A stretch of DNA of 64,000 nt, taken from Cyanophora paradoxa CCMP329 (Eukaryota > Plantae > Glaucophyta). Location of the stretch: the NCBI GenBank assembly GCA_004431415.1, contig QPMI01000457.1, positions 186,001-250,000 on the forward strand, written 5' to 3'. Both the position numbers and the translations under genes were made by a program. Under the pieces are notes generated by a model. The model did no database searches. It saw only the letters and a list, made by a program, of their open reading frames with translations, and was not told the origin of the DNA. This document shows positions 58,456 to 64,000 of this stretch, in pieces; within the stretch, counting starts at the first letter, position 1; each line of letters starts with the position of its first letter.

Positions 58456-59466
58456 ATGCCTGTGGATTACATCGAGGTTAGCTCATTTAATACAATCTCT
58501 GGTGATGGTCCCACATCAAGCTTTGTGGCTAGACTCCCAAGTTCTTATGAGAATGTGAGGGCTGTGAGACTGGTATCAGCCGAATTTTATAACAGCATCC
58601 CTATGGTGAGTGGTGAAACCAAAGTTGGAGATGTAACAATTGACAATTCATTTAGTATTTACTATTCTGAACAATATGCGGGAGCTGGAATTGATGGTAT
58701 CCCCACAGTTCGCCCAGCTGAGGACTTTGAACAGTGGAAACAAATCATTATAAGTCGCAAAGCCCCCATTCAAAGCCACCAACAACTGGTGAATGTTATT
58801 AATGAAAAGTTCGATTTAAAAAATCCTAAACCATCTCTTCGCTGCAAATGGGATGAGTCACTGAAACGAATAGTATTCCATTCCGAAAAACCTTTTTACC
58901 TGGCTTTCTCACTTGCTGTAAATCCAAACCTGCAAACAATTCAAAAGCTATTGAGTTCAGGGAGACTGCTTGGTCTTGATCCTGGAAGATATGGCAATTC
59001 CTCAATCCAATCACAAGTTTATGATGCTCTCACTGATGGTATCTTTACTGGGACTCGAGTAAACGGTATTTTATCTTCTTTTGAGCCTGAGAAGACCAGG
59101 GACAGTGTTTTGTTTGTGAGAGTAAAGGAGCTGGGTGATCTGGTGCAATGTGGGGATGGTCTTCTGACTGGTTACTTTCACAAAATAGTGGTCCCTGATA
59201 AAGACTATGGTGAGCATGTTGTTTACAATTCAACAGAAGCTCACCCACTTTACAAATACTATAATAAAAAGGTTGGATTATCCACTTTCTCGGTTGATAT
59301 TGTTAATGCTGTAAATGAACCAATTGATTTTGAGGGTCAACCTGTTCATCTGACCTTTGAAATTCGCTATGGTGATGAGCCAGCAGGAGACCCAGTTTAT
59401 GAATACTTTAAGATGCGAATGTCACAGCTTCACCCTTCCTATCCAGTAATTACAAGCTTCGCATAA
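58456..59466 (+). CDS. Minor capsid (penton)-like protein 2, element C
   Basis: LPSSYENVRAVRLVSAEFYNSIP; FSVDIVN..IDFEGQPVHLTFEI; ortholog of 43420-44706. Confidence 0.8.
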   Translation: MPVDYIEVSSFNTISGDGPTSSFVARLPSSYENVRAVRLVSAEFYNSIPMVSGETKVGDVTIDNSFSIYYSEQYAGAGIDGIPTVRPAEDFEQWKQIIISRKAPIQSHQQLVNVINEKFDLKNPKPSLRCKWDESLKRIVFHSEKPFYLAFSLAVNPNLQTIQKLLSSGRLLGLDPGRYGNSSIQSQVYDALTDGIFTGTRVNGILSSFEPEKTRDSVLFVRVKELGDLVQCGDGLLTGYFHKIVVPDKDYGEHVVYNSTEAHPLYKYYNKKVGLSTFSVDIVNAVNEPIDFEGQPVHLTFEIRYGDEPAGDPVYEYFKMRMSQLHPSYPVITSFA

Positions 59467-59519
59467 ATTAAGGATCATTGGTAGATTTTTTATGTTGCAG
59501 TATAATAAAAGAGAATATA

Positions 59520-60886
59520 ATGGATATCACTTCCACTCTTCAAAGACTTTCGCTGAAAGAAGCCCTAACAACCCCAGAAGAGGCGAAAGCCTTTTTCCTG
59601 GATAACTCCCTTATGCTTGGTCTCGAATCCAAATCTAAGCCAGTTCTAGTTGTTGTGAATCCCAGCAATACTTTTGAGAATAATGTTGGAAATCGCATTT
59701 CCTTCAAGCTACCTCGCTACAATTTCTGTGGAAAACTCGAACTTGCTTTCGACCTACCAGAAATCACTTTTGCTGGTGAAGATCTAGTTCGCAATGGATA
59801 CACTCGCCCAGTTGGTGCTTTAGTTCAGCGACTTGAAATTACCTATGGATCTTACACCTACCACATTCCTTCTGATTTCCTTGCTCATTTCCCCTGGTCT
59901 ATTATTCGGAGGATCAACTAGCTAAAAAGAAACGCTCAATGGGCATGGTTCATGGAATCCCTGCTCATGGAACCAACCGACTTGGTGGCTCATTTTTCGT
60001 TGAAATCCCAGTGCCTTGGCTAAATCACTACCTTCCCCTTGGTGCTTTATCTGGTGAAATGGTTGTTACTGTTTGGTTTAAGGATGCTGGAAAGGGTTAT
60101 GTTGAAACTTCCTATGGTGGTCGCTCTCTCCCTGTTGTTGGTGGGACAGTTGCTGATAAGACAGAAGATGATGGTCTTGGTGATACTGCTAATGCCACAC
60201 TTGCCCATGTTGGTCAAAACATCACCACTTTCAGTCTTGGTGCAACAACCCCTGCTATTTCAATTACTTCTCCTCGCCTTTACATGCATGCTATTAATGT
60301 TTCTGATGAGCTTTTCGCTACTGTAATTGAAAAAGTAAAGACTACTGGCATGGCTATTCCCTCCCTTGATATTGGATTTGTAGATGCCATTGCTTTCCCT
60401 GCCAAGGGCAATGCCCAGCCCAATCGAATTAACCTCTCTCAAATCTCAGGTCTTGTCTATGCTCTGCTTGTTTCAGTTCGTGATTATGAGACTGTTGACA
60501 AATCCAATGGCTCCCACAGTGTTCTTAAGACCTATGCCAACTCCAAAGAGATAACATTCACAACTGAAATAAATGGACAGCGACTTTTTGCCACTGAGCC
60601 AATTTCTCTACTCAAAGGAGCTGAGCTAATTGCTGATGCCTTCAAATGCTCTAACATGGATAAGGTTGCAGATAAATATGTCCTTTCAGGTTTAAGTTTC
60701 TGCATTGATGGAGAGAAGGCGATTCGAAATATTGCTCAAAGTGGATTTGTTGACCTGACAAATTCCTCATCTTCATTCCTCACACTCTACATGCCCACAG
60801 ATAAGACAATCAATGTTCAAGTTCGCGCTCTCATGCATAGCTATATAATTTTGGACAAAGATGGTTTGCGTCGTATAAATTTATAG
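59520..60886 (+). CDS. Major capsid protein, element C (one frameshift ~59900)
   Basis: GNRISFKLPRY..LELAFDLP..VGALVQRLEITYG; VEIPVPW..YLPL; EINGQRL; SGFVDL: double jelly-roll MCP pattern, between pentons and ATPase. Confidence 0.8.
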
Positions 60887-60989
60887 TAATCTTACCATTT
60901 CTCGTAAGGCATTTAAAGAAAAAATTGATTACTTTTTTATCATCGAAAACTATTTAAAGGTTTGCTTTGCATAGATTGTAATAAAGCCA

Positions 60990-61919
60990 ATGAAGCTAAA
61001 TTCGCTCGAGACCTTTATTCAAAAAAGTGTAAGCATTCATGGAGAGAAATTTGGATATGATCGAGCTTCTTATAATGGGGTCAAATCGAAAATTACACTT
61101 CTATGCAAGTCATGTGACGAATATTTCGAGGTCATTTCTGGAAATCATCTGAATCCAAAAAGCCATGGTGGATGCAAACAATGCAAAAGAAAATTCTATC
61201 AAGCTTGTTTCCAAAAAAAAGCAAACATATTTATTGAAGAAGCAAAGGCAAAGCATGGGGACAAGTATGATTACACAAAGGTAGAATATTTGAATGCTCG
61301 AACAAAAATTCAAATAAAGTGTAATACCTGTGGTATTGAGTTTTTGCAGGTGCCTGATTCGCATTTGAGAGGTCTAGGCTGTGAAAAATGTTCTTATAGA
61401 AAACGTGGCGAATTAAGGAAAAGGACAACTACACAATTTATTCAAGTGCATGGTGACAAATATGAGTATTCTAAAGCGAATTACACAAACAAATTTGGTA
61501 AAGTATTGCTGGGTTGCAAAACATGCGGAAAGGATTTTGAGCAGGAGGCAAGGTCTCATCTTCAAGGATCTGGATGTCCAAACTGCAAAATGTCAAAAGG
61601 GGAGAGCAAAATCGGAATTGTGTTAGACCTAATTGGGATTGAGTTCAAAACCCAAATGAAGTTTCATGGTTGCAAACATATAAAAGAGCTTCGATTTGAT
61701 TTCTTCGTACCATCTCTCAAAATCGCTATCGAATATGATGGCATTCAACATTTCAAGCCTGTGGAACAGTTTGGAGGTCAGAAGACATTTGAAGATACCC
61801 AAGTTCGTGATGGAATTAAAAATCGATACTGTGAAGCTAACAACATTAAACTGCTGAGAATCCCATACACCGAAACTGATATTGAGGGCTGCATTAAAAG
61901 ATTCCTTTCTAACATGTAA
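60990..61919 (+). CDS. Homing-type endonuclease: three DUF723-like Zn repeats + Vsr/DUF559-like PD-(D/E)XK domain
   Basis: HG.KY.Y..C..C..F....HL.G.GC x3; SKGE..LRFDFF..IAIEYDGIQH..D..KN.YC..NIKLLRIPY. Confidence 0.88.
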   Translation: MKLNSLETFIQKSVSIHGEKFGYDRASYNGVKSKITLLCKSCDEYFEVISGNHLNPKSHGGCKQCKRKFYQACFQKKANIFIEEAKAKHGDKYDYTKVEYLNARTKIQIKCNTCGIEFLQVPDSHLRGLGCEKCSYRKRGELRKRTTTQFIQVHGDKYEYSKANYTNKFGKVLLGCKTCGKDFEQEARSHLQGSGCPNCKMSKGESKIGIVLDLIGIEFKTQMKFHGCKHIKELRFDFFVPSLKIAIEYDGIQHFKPVEQFGGQKTFEDTQVRDGIKNRYCEANNIKLLRIPYTETDIEGCIKRFLSNM

Positions 61920-61975
61920 ACCATATTCAGTCACCTTGCATTATTTTTATCTGTTTCTTTATAGAAAGATACACA

Positions 61976-62770
61976 ATGCCTATACCAAGTTCTGATTTGG
62001 AGGAATTCAATGCTGGTGAAATGATAGAACCCCCTTTTCGACTACTCATACTCGGAAAAAGTGGATGCGGAAAAACAGAAGCTGTAAAATATTATTTGAA
62101 ACAGCTGCATGATGCCAAAAAGATTGATACAACACTTATTATATCCGCTACCTCATTTTCACATTTTTGGGACAAAGCTGCTACTGTTCAACTGGGTGCA
62201 TGGGATCCCCAATACATGTCGAAAATTATAAAAGAAAGAGAGGCAAAAAGGGAGAAAGGAGAAGAACTTAACCATATGCTGGTGATTTTAGAGGATATGA
62301 TAGAAAATGACCAGCTGGATCTCAGTCGAGATAAAACAGTGGGAATGCTTTATGTTCGTGGCAGACATGTCAATATATCAATTATAACTATTTCCCAAAA
62401 ATTAAGAAAGGTCGCAAGTGTTATTCGCTGCAATAGTGATATAGTAATTATGGTTTGTGCAAGCAATCAAAAAGAGCTGGAAGCATTTGCAGAGGAGTTT
62501 TCGACTTTTCCTCGCAAAGAAGATTTCTATCAACTGTTTGAAGAGTATGTCCACTCATATCAATTCCTTGTTTATACATCTTTCAAGTATAATGTGGGCT
62601 ACTATGTTGATAAAGCCGATTTAGTTGGAGATTTCGATTTTCCTCGCTTCCACAGGAAGCCCAAGAAGAAAGAAGATGAACTGAAACCACCAGAGAAAGA
62701 GGAAGCCCCTAAAGAAGTGAAAAGCCAAGTCCATAGCAATAAATTGATGCGATATAAACGCGGTTTATAA
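61976..62770 (+). CDS. A32/FtsK-like genome packaging ATPase
   Basis: Walker A GKSGCGKT, Walker B LVILEDM, RGRHVNISIITISQ, IRCN. Confidence 0.93.
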   Translation: MPIPSSDLEEFNAGEMIEPPFRLLILGKSGCGKTEAVKYYLKQLHDAKKIDTTLIISATSFSHFWDKAATVQLGAWDPQYMSKIIKEREAKREKGEELNHMLVILEDMIENDQLDLSRDKTVGMLYVRGRHVNISIITISQKLRKVASVIRCNSDIVIMVCASNQKELEAFAEEFSTFPRKEDFYQLFEEYVHSYQFLVYTSFKYNVGYYVDKADLVGDFDFPRFHRKPKKKEDELKPPEKEEAPKEVKSQVHSNKLMRYKRGL

Positions 62771-62798
62771 AATTATCTCTCATTCTAATAAAGATACA

Positions 62799-63533
62799 AT
62801 GCCTCCCAAACGAAAGATAGGGATTCCAGCTGGGGCTGTTGGCTATTCAGGTGGTGGAAACAATGGATCCATTAATACTGAACCAATGAAATTCAATGGT
62901 ATGAATGAGGTGAAGCCCTCACAGCAAGAAGAAGACCCCCTCAATGCTGCCTATGAGGAATCAGTTGATGACAAAGCCCCACAGGCTTCAACCAGTGACC
63001 AACTCAACATCTCACCAGAAGCCTCAAAAATGAAAGCTGTTGCTGAGGGTGCCAGGCGAATTATTGGGGCTGCTGATGACAAAGGTTTAGGCTTGCAAGA
63101 TCTTTCACTGGCTCGCAAAGGTGAGGGTCTTAGTAAGGAATCAGACAAGGTAATTCAGTCTATGGCTGGTGAAGTCACATACAAGACTGCTCCCACTCAA
63201 AATATTCATCGAATTCCCAAGGCTCAATGGGATGAGATGACTGCTAAACTCAAAGATCTGGAAGCCAAATCCAGTGCCTTGGAGCAGTATGTGACTGAGA
63301 AGAAAGAGAGAGCCAAGCTAAAGGAGATGCTTCGAAAGGAAGTCTATAAAATGGGTATTACTGGTGTCCCAGATAAACAGTTTATTGCTAAGAAAGAGAA
63401 CCAAATCGATGAACAGGCAGTAGATGAAATGAAAACAAAGACCCAGAAGGGAACCATTGAACCTGGTGCTACCAAAGCTGAAGTAGAAAAGGGAGTAGCC
63501 CCAACAGTATATAAAAGACGAGTTTGGCTTTAA
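62799..63533 (+). CDS. Viral hypothetical protein (basic N-terminal NLS-like MPPKRK, coiled coil)
   Basis: Intact 244-aa ORF with upstream TAATAAAG motif. Confidence 0.65.
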   Translation: MPPKRKIGIPAGAVGYSGGGNNGSINTEPMKFNGMNEVKPSQQEEDPLNAAYEESVDDKAPQASTSDQLNISPEASKMKAVAEGARRIIGAADDKGLGLQDLSLARKGEGLSKESDKVIQSMAGEVTYKTAPTQNIHRIPKAQWDEMTAKLKDLEAKSSALEQYVTEKKERAKLKEMLRKEVYKMGITGVPDKQFIAKKENQIDEQAVDEMKTKTQKGTIEPGATKAEVEKGVAPTVYKRRVWL

Positions 63534-63555
63534 TTATCTCTGTTTTATTAGAGAC

Positions 63556-63828
63556 ATGGATATAATACGAAAGTTTTTCGAGATGTTCAGTCTGCATGTG
63601 GTGAGCAATTGCCACAGTGGATGCTGTGAGACAAGAGTGGAGTTTGAGATGTCAGATAATGAGGATAATGCTTCTGAAGCAAGAGAGAGAAGGAGATCAA
63701 CAGTTTCTGTGGAGTCAATGCCAGCAGACCCCACAGAGTATACATATGAGCAACAGGAGTATCCAAGGAGAAGTTCTCTGCCAGCAGAAAACGTTTTCTC
63801 TGGGAATATAAATGGAGGACACTATTAG
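63556..63828 (+). CDS. Small viral hypothetical protein, homolog of 28526-28894
   Basis: Shared N-terminal 35 aa with CCET motif. Confidence 0.7.
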   Translation: MDIIRKFFEMFSLHVVSNCHSGCCETRVEFEMSDNEDNASEARERRRSTVSVESMPADPTEYTYEQQEYPRRSSLPAENVFSGNINGGHY

Positions 63829-64000
63829 TTTAATCGAGTTTACCAGTGATGAACCTGTTACTGAGGGTTCTATTAGACACATTCTAGCAATGCAGAAACG
63901 ATATAGAGAGGACCCAGCATATAGAGAGTATAAAAAGCAGCAAGCCCTGGCATCCTATTATCGCAGAAAAGCCCAAAAAGAGGAGCAGAGACCAAGAGGG

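Larger units (their letters stand above)
45655..64000. mobile_element. Endogenous PLV-like element C (continues past window end)
   Basis: ACACATA inverted-repeat terminus, iteron region, fibres, patatin, 2 pentons, MCP, A32 ATPase. Confidence 0.8.

Noticed and set aside
16860-59930. Frameshifts (16866, 26355, 26620, 35937, 36675, 52523, ~59900) as programmed frameshifting or true pseudogenisation
   Set aside because: Single-base shifts, at least two (35937, 52523) in homopolymer runs, in otherwise intact genes. Long-read assembly error is the simpler explanation; needs read check.
28526-64000. Bacterial/phage contamination or NCLDV insertion
   Set aside because: The penton-MCP-A32 module is PLV-like, no NCLDV core replication or transcription genes are seen, and a GC-rich host-type retroposon with TSD sits inside it, which supports genomic integration.

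Overview
Eukaryotic (protist/algal-type) genomic DNA. The first ~20 kb is GC-rich, intron-rich host sequence with many GC-AG introns. It holds a DUF4062 gene, a PH-domain gene and a secreted CUB-domain gene. The CUB gene is interrupted by a complete tyrosine-recombinase (DIRS-order, PAT-like) retrotransposon (13148-18949) with an unusual A-gag-BA-pol/YR-B layout. An L1/Tx1-type LINE follows (~20.7-28.5 kb). The remaining ~35 kb is AT-richer, intronless endogenous Polinton-like virus (PLV)/virophage-like DNA: major capsid, paired pentons, A32 packaging ATPase, giant phage-like fibres, C1q fibre, patatin, SAM decarboxylase and homing endonucleases. I read the viral block as three related elements nested inside each other. 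Each inner element starts with an ACACATA hairpin terminus plus an iteron-rich non-coding region and cuts a structural gene of the outer element (at 30955 and 45655). A 2.1-kb VNTR-bearing retroposon with a 17-bp TSD splits one viral fibre gene. No viral polymerase or integrase lies in the window. Several single-base frameshifts, at least two in homopolymer runs, are probably assembly errors. All homology calls come from motif recognition by eye, not database searches.
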